From: Octopus vulgaris
Lineage: Eukaryota
Direction of reading: 5' to 3'
Assembly (NCBI GenBank): GCA_951406725.2
Contig: OX597824.1
Span: 96,162,001 to 96,226,000, forward strand
DNA: 64,000 nt
Under the pieces are notes generated by a model. It was not told the DNA's origin. It saw nothing but the letters and a program-made list of their open reading frames with translations, and did no database searches. Numbering within the stretch: the stretch's first letter is position 1; each line of letters opens with the position of its first letter. A program made the translations under genes and the position numbers. Below, one piece after another: positions 52,043-63,649 of this stretch.

Positions 52043-52317
52043 AAATTAAAATAAGCAACAAGGATATCCAGAGGTAATGCAGTATGATAGTTTCATGCAA
52101 CTCCATTTAATTGAACAATGCAATCATTACATCAGTTTAAAATTAGTATACTAATGTGTCCATCTGTTCTAATTTAATTAAATTGTATGCCTTTATGCAG
52201 CTGAAGATTGCTCTACATTTTAAATTGATGTAATAATTGCATTGTTCAATTAAATGGAGTTGCATGAAACGATCGTACTGCATTACCTCTGGATATCCTT
52301 GTTGCTTATTTTGATTT
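52043..52317. mobile_element. Foldback element (arms about 100 bp) containing a hammerhead motif; Penelope-like inverted terminus
   Basis: AAAATAAGCAACAAGGATATCCAGAGGTAATGCAGTA... versus ...TACTGCATTACCTCTGGATATCCTTGTTGCTTATTTT; adjacent to long (TA)n. Confidence 0.85.
52195..52283 (+). ncRNA. Type I hammerhead ribozyme motif (Penelope-associated), long stem II
   Basis: AUGCAG-CUGAAGA-[imperfect stem II]-GAA-ACGAUCGU-A^-CUGCAU: perfect 6-bp stem I, palindromic stem III, GUA cleavage triplet. Confidence 0.75.
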
Positions 52318-52411
52318 TAATCACCTTACTTTGAAATTGTATGGATAATACCATACTAAATTCTGGTGCCTCAACTTAAGTACCATATTCATCTGAATCT
52401 ATCTATCTATC

Positions 52412-52448
<37 letters not shown>

Positions 52449-52535
52449 AATCCAAACAAGAAAACACAAAAAAACACAGCAACGTGAGGATGTGGAACAA
52501 ATAAAGTATTATTGGACGCTCAGGAAAGAAGGAGG

Positions 52536-52570
52536 GTTTGACGTTTCGAGCGGAGCTCTTCGTCGGAAAC
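52536..52570 (-). ncRNA. Minimal type I hammerhead ribozyme motif (U4C core variant)
   Basis: GUUU-CCGACGA-A-GAGC-UCC-GCUC-GAAA-C-GUC^-AAAC: all three stems pair; loopless palindromic ACGU stem III. Confidence 0.7.
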
Positions 52571-52744
52571 AAAGGAGAAGGAAAGATATATATATATATA
52601 TATATAAATTAGTAATGCAATACTCTAGTATTGCATTACTAATTTATTGAAACTTCTTCACCGTTCTCGTGCTGTTAGCGTTTCGGCGTTTCAGTCGAGT
52701 GTAATGGCATTAATGTGGTAACACCTGAAATGTTGTTGTGGTAT

Positions 52745-52824
52745 ATGTTTGGCTGATGAAGATAGATCAAGTTTATGGGTGCAGACATATCTTGAAAATT
52801 CTGAAACCTGCGCAGGTCCCACAT
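52745..52824 (+). ncRNA. Type I hammerhead ribozyme motif, long stem II
   Basis: AUGUUUGG-CUGAUGA-AGA..UCAAG..UAUG/CAUA..CUUGA..UCU-GAA-ACCUGCGCAGGU-C^-CCACAU; 12-nt palindromic stem III, GUC triplet. Confidence 0.7.
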
Positions 52825-53587
52825 TATCCTTTTCCAGGTATTTCATCTTTCAGATGTTCTCCCTGGAGGTAAGACAATTTTTTCTAGTTTGTTGCACACA
52901 TGCATTTTTGCTAGTACATACGCGGTGAAGCTATACATTAGCGTCGTATTATTACGTTCGCTATTTCCAGTAAATATCGGTACTTCGTTGCGCTATATAT
53001 TTACTTCTTTGTATGTATATATATATATATATATATATGCATATGTATATTCTTTTATTTGTTTCAGTCATTTGACTGCGGCCATGCTGGAACACTGCCT
53101 TAAAGGGTTTTTAGTTAAAGAAATTGACCCCAGGAATTATTCTTTGTAAGCCTAGTACTTATTCTATTGGTCTCTGTTGCCAAACTGCTAAGTTACAGGG
53201 ACATAAACACACCAGCAATGGGTGTCATGCGATGGTGGGGGAACAAACACAGACACAAAGACACACATAAATACACACACACACACACACGCATATATAC
53301 AACGAGCTTCTTTCAGTTTCCTTCTGCCAAATTCACTCATAAGGCTTTGTTGGCCCTGTGTTTCTTTCAATTATTTAAAATATAACAAAGAATTTAGTAA
53401 AATAACTTAGTTATCATTAAGTTAGTGTTAGGAACATAAATTGTGACTAAAGTTTGGTGGAAGATTTTAATTAAAAACTTATGAAAACAAGACATTTGTA
53501 CTACAGAGCCAGGGTCGGTTTCAGCCGGGTTGGTAACAAAAGGGTTAATACCATACCAAATTACATCAAAATGGAAACAGATTCCCT

Positions 53588-53867
53588 ATGACTAAAGGAA
53601 ATAGTCTAATAATGGGGTATATAAACCTGCGACAGAGAAAAGTAGTTTTTCCTGTACACGTGGGTTTGTTTACATAACCAACTACAAACTAATTATAGTT
53701 CTTAAATCTGACAGAAAAAAGCAGGTAGGTTTGCTAGTGTAACCCGTAAGGACACTCAGTTGCAAAAACAAAGAGGTGTGGTTTTTGAGTCCCACACATA
53801 TGGGAAAACCTGCTTTCTTCTGTCAAGGGCTTATCTGTCCCATTATTAGACTATTTTGTTTAGTCAT
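53588..53867. mobile_element. Old TIR element / MITE, unclassified
   Basis: ATGACTAAAGGAAATAGTCTAATAATGGG versus CCCATTATTAGACTATTTTGTTTAGTCAT, with weaker pairing continuing inward. Confidence 0.6.
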
Positions 53868-53952
53868 TGAGTGGTGACTGATTTAAGCTCATAAAATACT
53901 ATTATTGTTATTTACAGACTTGTAAAAATTGGCACAGCTTAACAAAGCCATT

Positions 53953-53991
<39 letters not shown>

Positions 53992-54082
53992 TTGTCGTTT
54001 TGATAAATAAATAAGTCAACATTTTAATATCCTAAAGTTGAACCAACTAATGTACTTCTCCATTTTCTTATTTGCTATATAT

Positions 54083-54463
54083 ATTACTCTTTTACTTGTT
54101 TCAGTCATTTGGAACACTGCCTTCAGTCAAGCAAATCGACCCTGGGACTTATTCTTTGTAAGCCCAGTACCTATTCTATCGGTCTCTTTTGCCGAACTGC
54201 TAAGTGACGGGGACGTAAACACACCAGCATCAGTTGTCAAGCAATGCTAGGGGGACAAACACAGACACACAAACACACATATATATATATACATATATAC
54301 GACAGGCTTCTTTCAGTTTCCGTCTACCAAATCCACTCACAAGGCATTGGTCGGCCCGGGGCTATAGCAGAAGACACTTGCCCAAGATGCCACGCAGTGG
54401 GACTGAACCCGGAACCATGTGTTTGGTTAGGAAGCTACTTACCACACAGCCACTCCTGCGCCT
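54083..54463 (-). mobile_element. CORE-type SINE family A
   Basis: Full length with a small deletion near the tail. Confidence 0.9.
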
Positions 54464-54583
54464 ATATATATATTGGAATAATTGCTATGAAGCATTGTGT
54501 CGAATATATTGTATAAAGGATCATGGGTAAGGCCAGAACAATGCAAAGTAAATAACATACTCCCATCATACTTCCAAGTCGGC

Positions 54584-55145
54584 TTGTGCTTCCTAAAGCT
54601 ACCACACTTTGACGACAGAACTACTGCAGCGATATAACACACAGTCCACAGGGAAGGACTTGACATACAGATAGTGCACACTGGCCCTTCCCTGAGAAAA
54701 CCTCTGTCCAAGAACAACACCTCTCACTACTCTGAGGAGTGCACATTGTCGATCTGCCCCATCAATGACCCTGAATTGTGCCAGAGGATCTATGTCGTAT
54801 ACGGGATCATCTGTGGCAAATGTGGCACATCCTACATTGGAAGCATGACAAGAAAACTGCATATATGCAATAAGGAACACCACCATGAAGAAATGCCAGA
54901 CCTGGGAATTCCCAGAGCACATCAAGGCAACACAGCAGAACAGGGGCAACCTCAGAATCTCTGAGGCCATCCCTATACATCAAAAGAAACCTAAGATCAA
55001 CAATAGAAGGGAGTTACAGGAAGCTAGCTGGTTGCTATAGCAACACCCTTCTGCACATGTCCACTCCACACACGCTCACACATATGCACATCAACAAAAT
55101 TCGTCAATTTCTTGAAAATGGAGTCACAACCCCAAAATATTGAAT
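54584..55145 (+). mobile_element. Penelope-like retroelement remnant (linker plus GIY-YIG endonuclease), disrupted
   Basis: LKLPHF...AI*HTVHREGLDIQIVHTGPSLRKPL...C..C....LCQRIYVVYGIICGKCGTSYIGSMTRKLHICNKEH, then after a frameshift LRISEAIPIHQKKPKINNRRE. One in-frame stop. Decayed hammerhead-like motif at about 55111-55143. Confidence 0.85.
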
Positions 55146-56247
55146 ACAAGGTAAGTCTACATTAATTCACATATTTGTTTTCTTGTGATATACTTTGCAT
55201 TGTTTTGGCCTTATTCACGATCCTTTATACAATGTATATATTTATATACATATATATATATATTATCATCATCGTTGAACGTCCGTTTTCCATGCTAGCA
55301 TGGGCTGGACGGTTCGACTGGGGTCTGGGAGACCAGGCGGCTGCACCAGGCTCCAGTCTGATCTGGCAGTGTTTCTACGGCTGGATGCCCTTCCTAACGC
55401 CAACCACTCCATGAGTGTAGCGGGTGCTTTTTACGTGCCACAGGAGGCTGGCAACAGCCATGATTAGTTGGTGCCACGATCTGTTGGGCAAGTGTCTTCT
55501 ACTATAGCCTCGGGTCGACCAAAGCCTTGTGAGGGAATTTGGTAGACAGAAACTGAAAGAAGCCCGTCATATGTATATATGTGTGTAGATGTTTGTGTGT
55601 CTGTGTTTGTTCCCCCAGCATCGCTTGACAACCGATGCTGGTGTGGTTACGTCACCGTAACTTAGCAGTTCAGCAAAGAGACCAATAGAATAAGTACTAG
55701 GCTTACAAAGTCCTGGGGTCGATTTGCTCGACTAAAGGCGGTGCTCCAGCAAGGCCACAGTCAAATGACTGAAACAAGTAAAAGAGTAAAAGAGTATATA
55801 TATATATATCCCCTGTGCTGATGGCACGTAAAAAGCACCCACTACACTCTTGGAGTGGTTGGCGTTAGGAAGGGCATCCAGCTGTAGAAACACTGCCAGA
55901 TCAGACTGGAGCCTGGTGCAACCTCCTGGGTTTCCAGACCCAGTTGAACTGTCCAACCCATGCTAGCATGGAAAACGGACGTTAAACGATGATGATGATG
56001 ATGATATATATATATATATATATATTCCTTCATACACCTGTTCTTCAAAATCATTTGACATTCTAGAAATAGCAACTAAATCTCCCTCAAATAATACAAA
56101 GTTGTTATAAAAAAAGCAACAACAACAAAAAAAAAAACACAGAAAGGTCATATTGGATAACAAGGTCCTAGATAGACTGCTTAAAGATAATCTCTCAAAA
56201 AATTTTTCTTTAAGACTGTGCTTAATCAGGTCAGCTTCGTTAACCTA

Positions 56248-56277
56248 AACAACAACAACGACGACAACAACAACACC

Positions 56278-56352
<75 letters not shown>
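56248..56352 (+). repeat. (AAC)n microsatellite
   Basis: About 35 AAC-type units with a few variants, followed by (AGC)n. Confidence 0.97.
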
Positions 56353-56353
<1 letters not shown>

Positions 56354-57169
56354 GCACAGCAGCAGCAAGCATGATGACAGCAATTACAGATACAAGGAAC
56401 CTTTTCAGAAGTATTATCTTACATTGGAATTTCATCATTGTAACACGTTACCTGTATTTTATTTCGGTGATGCCCCCAAAGGTGTAAACATGACAACACA
56501 AATTAATTCTACACTAGTTTTATTCATTTATAATGATGATTCGATGGTTGTTTATTTATTTATTTATTTTAATTACAAAAGGCAATTATGTCCTTCAGCA
56601 AAACACTTTAGTTCATGTTGCTCCTGTCCACTCAGCTGGCAAAAATGAAGTGTACCTGTAATTCACTGGGCCATCCTTGTCATGATACTCTGAATCTCCC
56701 TGATAACTACATTCTTTTCTACTCTAGGCAGAAGGCCCGAAATTGTTGGGAAAGGAACCAGTTGATTAGATTGACCCCAGTATGCAACAGGTATATAATT
56801 TATTGACCCTGAAAGGATGAAAGGCAAAGTTGACCTCGGTCGAATTTGAACTCAGAACCTGAAGACAGGTGAAGTACCACTAAGCATTTTGCCCAGCATG
56901 CTAACGTTTCTGCCAGCTCACCACCTGAAAGTATTCTTTTCTACTCTAGGCACAAGGCCTGAAATTTTTGGGGTGGGGGCCAGTTGATTAGATCAACCCC
57001 CAGTATGCAACTGGTACTTAATTTATTGATCCCGAAAGGATGAAAGGCAAAGTCAACCTTGGTGAAATTTGATCCCAGAACATAAAGACAGATGAAATAC
57101 TGCAAAGCATTTCACCGGCATGCTAACATTTCTGTCAGCTCGCTGCCTTCCCTGAGAACTACATTAAGA

Positions 57170-57760
57170 GTACATGTGTCTGTGGAGTGCTCACCCACTT
57201 ACATATTAATTCAACTTTTCTCTCAATACGTTTGCACTTTGCCATACATGTGCAACGGACCACACTACCTTCCTTTCTCTTCAGTCTATGCATTCAGAGC
57301 CCATGTCTCACTACCATGGAGTATAGTCATTTGCACACAAGCATCATACGGTCTACCTTTCACTCTGAAAGAGAGTCCTTTTGCTGCCATCAGAGGTAAT
57401 AGCTCTCTGAACACCCTCCACCCAATTCTTATTCTAGAAACAATACTTTCAGAGCATCCTCCACCATTGCTAATTTGGTCACCTAAGTCACAAAAAATAT
57501 CTACAACCTCAAGAGAGCCTCCTGGGCATTTTGAGAGAATCTAAGTCCCCTGTGCTTATTATTCCTGCTCACCTGCCACATACAAAAGCGATTTTATGTT
57601 AATCTACCTGTGGTTCCACTGCACCCCTTATGTGTCTCTAGTTTACACTGGGTGCAGCAAGTGGGATTTCTTCCAACTCCTTTCCTACATACCGAGCTGG
57701 GCCATTTACCTGATGGAAAGAGAGTTTTATATTCTTTCTCACTAAGAACAACTTTGGTAG
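57170..57760 (-). mobile_element. RTE-clade LINE reverse-transcriptase C-terminal fragment, decayed
   Basis: Minus-strand translation LEVVDIFCDLGDQISNGGGCSESIVSRIRIGWRVFRELLPLM..KG....KGRPYDACV..TILHGSETW; boundaries approximate. Confidence 0.85.
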
Positions 57761-58780
57761 AGACTTAGCTAACCCAAAGGCTAAGAAATTTGCAATTCAA
57801 ATACAGAACTCAACAAACAATGAATGTATAATCTTCAGACAGGAATGAGGGGTACAACTGCAGAAAATGTACTTTCACAAATTCCATCTAACCCATGTAA
57901 GCATCAAAAATTGGATGTTAAAATTATGATGATGAGGATAGTGATGATGGTGGCAGTGCTGATTGTGAGCGATACAGTTACAATGCCACTTTATATATTT
58001 TAAAAGCATACTTCCACATAATTACCTTGTGACGTCTGATACTTTATACAAGTTTTGACAGAATTAAAAATAGGAAGCGAACAATAAAACGAAAGATAAA
58101 GGAATGACTCTTATTGCCTTGGGTTATGTTTGGATAAGGCGTTCTATTCATTTTAGATTCCATGCAATAAAAACTAGCAACATTCTTATCTTTAGAAAAG
58201 AGGACAGTTAGAAATAAATACATGTAGATTCCAACAACTCATGGAAATGTCCTAATTGTTCAGCCTGTGTAAACCATAGAAAATTAGGTGTAAAATTAGA
58301 GATATTTCTTCTTAACGATGACTAATGAATTATTGATATCTTTTCTCCAGCAATTTGTTCGTGAATTTTCTCCTTTTTCAATCAGCTTGTTCAACCTTTT
58401 CCTATTGACAAAGAAGCCTCTAGATGATCACATACTAGAAACAGTAGCCAAATACCCCTCATTTCATACACTTCTATCTTAAAAAATGGAAGGACATGTC
58501 AGATAATGTAAATCCTAAACCTACTATATTGTTGTTTATCGTCGTTTAACATCCGCTTTTCATGCTGGCATGGGTTGGACATTTATGGCATCAACTAGAC
58601 ATGTATATCTCAAAAGAAAACCAGATGGCCATGGCTGGACCTTCTGTGACTATAAGTCTGCCTGATCAGTGCTGACCTTGGGCTAAACAGCAATAGCAAC
58701 CTGTTTCTACAGTTGTTAGTTTGTTTAGCAACAAGTTTCTCTCACCATTCAACTTGAAAACTGTTATTTTTCTATAAGAT

Positions 58781-58944
58781 AGGCGTGGGAGTGGCTGTGT
58801 GGTAAGTAGCTTGCTTATGAACCACATGGTTCCGGGTTCATTCCCACTGCATGGCACCTTGGGCAAGTGTCTTCTACTACAGCCTCAGGCTGACCAAAGC
58901 CTTGTGAATGGATTTGGTAGACGGAAACTGAAAGAAGTCCATTG

Positions 58945-58977
<33 letters not shown>

Positions 58978-59173
58978 ATTTGTGCTTGTCTTCCCAACAT
59001 CACTTGACATCCAATGGTGGTGTGTTTACGTCCCTGTAACTTAGCAGTTCGGCAAAAGAGACCGATAGAATAAGTACTAGGCTTACAAAGAATAAGTCCT
59101 GGGGTCGATTTGCTCGACTAAAGGCAGTGCTCCAGCATGGCCGCAGTCAAACAAATAAAAGAGTAAAAGAGTA
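58781..59173 (+). mobile_element. CORE-type SINE family A (plus orientation)
   Basis: AGGCGTGGGAGTGGCTGTGTGG head to (AAAAGAGT)n tail; short TSD-like TAAGAT. Confidence 0.9.
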
Positions 59174-59408
59174 AGATAAACTCAATCCTTTCTGCGCTGA
59201 TGGAATTTTTGTGCATAAACATTCAGATGCTGAATTAATCCATCAAAATTGGTTGAACTTGACATTCCCAACTTTGTCCTTTATCGTTGTTATATTTAAA
59301 ATTAATTGAAAGAAACACAGAGGATCTCAACAGAAATATGGTAACAAAGGGGTTAAAAGCACTCATGCTGGTGCCATGAAGAAAGCATTAGTGATGGTGC
59401 CACATTAA

Positions 59409-59628
59409 CCCTTTTGATACCAACCCGGCTGAAACCATCTCTGACTCTGAGTACAAATGTCTTGTTTTCATAAGTTCTGAATTAAAATCTTCCACCAAAC
59501 CTTAGTCATAATTTATATTCCCAACACTAGCTGAATGATAACTAAATTATTTTACTAAATTCTTTGTTATATTTAAAGTAATTGAAAGAAAGACAGAGCA
59601 TCTCAAAATAAATACAGTAATGAAAGGG
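59409..59628. mobile_element. piggyBac-like MITE family 1
   Basis: TTAA-CCCTTT...AAAGGG-TTAA; partial copies also at about 53357-53544 and 59287-59352. Confidence 0.88.
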
Positions 59629-60671
59629 TTAAAGTTAATTCCAATTCAAGAGGAACTGTGATTATCATTCATCTTGTAGTGGATCAGTGTGTGGTATCTC
59701 TCAAAGCGGTAAGCACACACAATTGTTTTTCTCACTCTCAGCACTAGTGTCTCACCATTTATGGTACCAACTAGACATGTAAAATCTGCAGTTAGCTTCA
59801 CTTGTCTTGGTCTTGCGTCATCTTTTTTGTGAGGCCCAGTATCTTCACGTTGGGTCGCTTCACATCTGTTCCATCTGCCACATGTTACCTTTCTAATCTA
59901 TACAAACACAACTGATTATGCAAGTGCCCAGCTGTTCTCTCGGCTCATTTAGGATCCATTTTAATGCAAATTAATGTTAGATTATATTCAACAAGTGTTC
60001 CACATTCAACAGCTCCATATAATGATTTCAGATTCTGATACAAAGCCAGTAATTTTAGTGGGAGGGGTATGTCAATTACATCAACCATGGTGCTCAACCG
60101 ATTTTTATTTTATCAGCTATGAAAAGACCAAAATGCAAAGTTGACATCAGCCCCATTTGAACTGAGCACTCAAAGAGCCTGAAGAAATGCTGCTATGCGT
60201 TCTGTCCAACTCGCTAACCACTCTGCCAACTTGCCACCTTATTCAACTCTTATATTGGGTTAATGACTTGATTTGGTCATCATCTGTAGTGGATGGTCTG
60301 CCTCATTGCTCTTTATCAATAAGGCTACAATCACCAGCTTGGAACCTTGGAACCTTCTGGTCGTAGCTGCTCACTCTTTCACAGGTTCTGTTATGGAAAT
60401 CAATCTATCAGCTAATATACGTATCCAGTAACAAATAGTTCTGAGCTCAAGTGTTATTATTTTAACTATTGGATTATCAGACAAATCTGTTCAATTTTTC
60501 TTTTTTTTTTTTTCCATAGTTGGTGCTGTATCATCACATGTTTGGAAAGTGGTAAAATTTATTCAAATTCCAAAAGCAATAAACAGAAGCAGCAGAGGAA
60601 GAATGTGGCTGCGAAATGCCATAAAATATCACGATTAAATACTTTTTGTGTTAATTCAAATAACAAACTAT

Positions 60672-61018
60672 ATTCTTTTATTCTTTCAATCATTTTGACT
60701 ATGGCCATGCTGGAGCACTGCCTAGAAAGGTTTTAGTTAAACAAATCAACCTCAGGGATTATTTTTTAAGCCTAGTACTTACTGGCTGTCAAGTGGTGAT
60801 GGGGGACAAACCCAGACACAGACACATAGAGATGTATGTATGTATATATATATACAACGGGCTTCTTTCAATTTCCTTCTAAAATATCCACTCACAAGGC
60901 TTCGGTCAGACTGAGATTACAACAGAAGATACTTGCCCAAGGTGCTATACAGTGGGACTGAACCCAGAGTCATGTGGTTGGGAAGCAAGTGACTTACCAC
61001 ACAGCCATACCTATGCCT
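60672..61018 (-). mobile_element. CORE-type SINE family A, diverged
   Basis: Head, core and tail recognisable; internal deletion. Confidence 0.8.
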
Positions 61019-62532
61019 AAATATATTGGCAAAAAAAGTAAAGAACTTTATCTGACAATCCAGCCTGGCCCTCCACTGATTGTGATGATGAGGGTTCCAC
61101 TTGATTCCATCAACCCTTAGTTCTCAAGGATATTCAGTGAGACACAGAAGACGACAAAGCTGGTGGCCCTTTTGGATTGCAGAGACAAACTCATTTTTGT
61201 CAGTTGAGTGGACGGGAACAATGTGAAATAGAGTGTCTTGCTCAAGGACATGATATGCCACCAGGAATTGAACTCACAACTTCATGATTATGAGCCGAAT
61301 ACCCCTCACCACTAAGACCGATATAATGAATAGCAGGGTTCTGGGACAGTTATTAGTGAATACTCACAAGGGTATCAGGTTCAGTGGCATTGTGTGGTAC
61401 CTTGGGCAACTGTTACACCTGTGAGACAGGTGTAACAGTTTATTTACTAAACCTTCTGTCAATAAGAAACAAACTGGCAGTTGAAAATAAAAATAATACT
61501 AGAAAAAAATGCAAAAAATTAGGGAGAAAAGAAGGAAGTGTGCTAAATCCAGTTTGTTTAATTAAATGAGAAAGTATGTACTGTAAGCTGAGATAACTGA
61601 CATGTGTGGGTCAAGAGTATAACCTAATTTCTGTTGCTGGTCAGATTCCAGCATTTCAAGCCAGGAATAAAAAAGCTATTTTTTTGCCTTTTTCTTTTTA
61701 CTGTCACCAAAGGATACAGTGTCTTTTCAGACATTTTTCTTACCACTTATATTCTGATTCATAAGAATGCCACACAACCTTACAATTCAGAATATTTACC
61801 ATCTCTTTTCTTCATAATACACACCATCAGCAAATTTACTCTTACCTTCTTTTCTGCTAAATTAGCATTTTTTAACCATTTTTTTTCTTTTTTTTTTTTT
61901 GCTGCTCCATTCCCTTTAACCCTTTTGCATTCATACAGGTCATATCCAACCCAAATCTGTTATTATGTGCAAACTGGTTTCTCACACCTACCCTACGATG
62001 TCACTCTAAACATACACAGCCACAGCATCAAAATCGCAAAGCTAAGAGATAATACATGATTAATTTGAAAAGACCCAGCAAGTAAAGCGAAATCCCAGCC
62101 GTAGCCTATACCAGTGTCACATAACCGGCCCATTTAAAAGCACCCTTGATGCATTAAGCGATACGCTGTGCTTGAGAAAACCTACTGAGTCAAGTAAAAT
62201 CAAAATCAAATCAAGATTGAAATCAAAATGGAAATTGTAGTTGTGACCGATGCCAGTGCCACCTGACTGGCACTGTGCTGGTGGCACGGAATAAGCACCA
62301 TTCAAGTGTGAGTCAATGCCAGTGCCACCTGACGGACTCCCATGCCGGGGGGCATGTAAAGGGATCCACTACACTCTCAGAGTGGTTGGTGTTAGGAAGG
62401 GCACTGGATATACTGAGAGATCCTCTACAAGTCTCCCTCAAATCACAGTCTGCCATTTTAGAAAGGAATGAACATGTTGGATAATGTAGTCCTACATACA
62501 TCTAAAATAATGAGTTGGAATGATATCTCATG

Positions 62533-62962
62533 GGAAGGTTATCTGCTTGGAAGGGCATCTGTCTGGAACAGTACCTGGCTGGAAGGGCATCTGGTTTGAA
62601 GGGCATCTGGTTTGAAGGGCATCTAGCTAGAAGGGCATCTAGCTGGAAGGGCATCTAGCTGGAAGGGCATCTAGCTAGAAGGGCATCTGGCTTGAAGGTC
62701 ATCTAACTGGAAGGGCATCTGGTTTGAAGGGCATCTGGTTTGAAGGGCATCTGGCTTGAAGGGCATCTGGCTGGAAGGGCACCCAGCTGGAAGGTCATCT
62801 GGCTTGAAGGGCATCTGGCTTGAAGGTCATCTAGCTGGAAGGTCATCTAGCTGGAAGGGCATCTGGCTTGAAGGTCATCTAGCTGAAAGGTCATCTAGCT
62901 GGAAGGGCATCTGGCTTGAAGGTCATCTGGCTTGAAGGGCATCCAACTGGAAGGTCATCCAG
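62533..62962 (+). repeat. 16-bp minisatellite GAAGG(G/T)CATCT(A/G)G(C/T)T(G/T/A), about 24-26 copies
   Basis: Direct tandem units without spacers; the unit equals the GGAAGGGCATCCAGCT motif of the local retroposons. Confidence 0.95.
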
Positions 62963-63649
62963 TCATAGAAACTCTGCCTCAGTAAATTCCATCTGACCGT
63001 TGCAAGCATGGACAAGCGGATGTTAAAACAATGAGGATTTTCTGTAGAAAGGACCGGTAAAGTACTGATTGGAATTGATTCCTCTCACTCTTTGAGAACC
63101 AGTTATGTCGCACTGCTGGGGGAGGGGCATGGGGAGTGCTACGTGCAGAGTCTCCTTTTCCCCAAGAAATAGAAGAGGGTCAAGTCAAAGGCTAACAACT
63201 TCTTTGTGTCTAACATGCAACATGAAACTACTCAAAGAAACCAGAGAACCTGACTTGTGTGACGGTGGGGATCAACGTACAAAAAAGAAATCCAATAAAT
63301 TTAATGATATATAAAAGTGCAAGGAAAGAGAATTACTAAAATTTACACCCTTCATTTGTTTTGCAAATTTGAGAAGATAGAATAGCAGGTGTTCTGTAAT
63401 CTAATCTGTAGAATGATCACCTAGCAGGCGAGATACACGGTTCTAATTTTGTCAATGAACTCTTTGTTATTTTTATTTATTTATTTTCTATCTTAACCCA
63501 TTAGTGTTTAAACTGGTCATATCCGGCCCCAAATATTCTATCTGTTTTATGTTCAGACTGACCAGATGATTTAACCTCTCATACCTACCCTACAATGTCA
63601 TTCTAGAAATATACAAACACACCATTGAAATATATATATATATATATAA

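Noticed and set aside
56218-56487. Poly-Asn / poly-Leu ORFs
   Set aside because: Translations of an (AAC)n microsatellite.
57092-57544. 150-aa plus-strand ORF
   Set aside because: Antisense to an RTE LINE fragment and overlapping a SINE; not a host gene.
62533-62962. Regularly spaced repeat resembling a CRISPR array
   Set aside because: No unique spacers, eukaryotic context, no cas genes; it is a tandem minisatellite.
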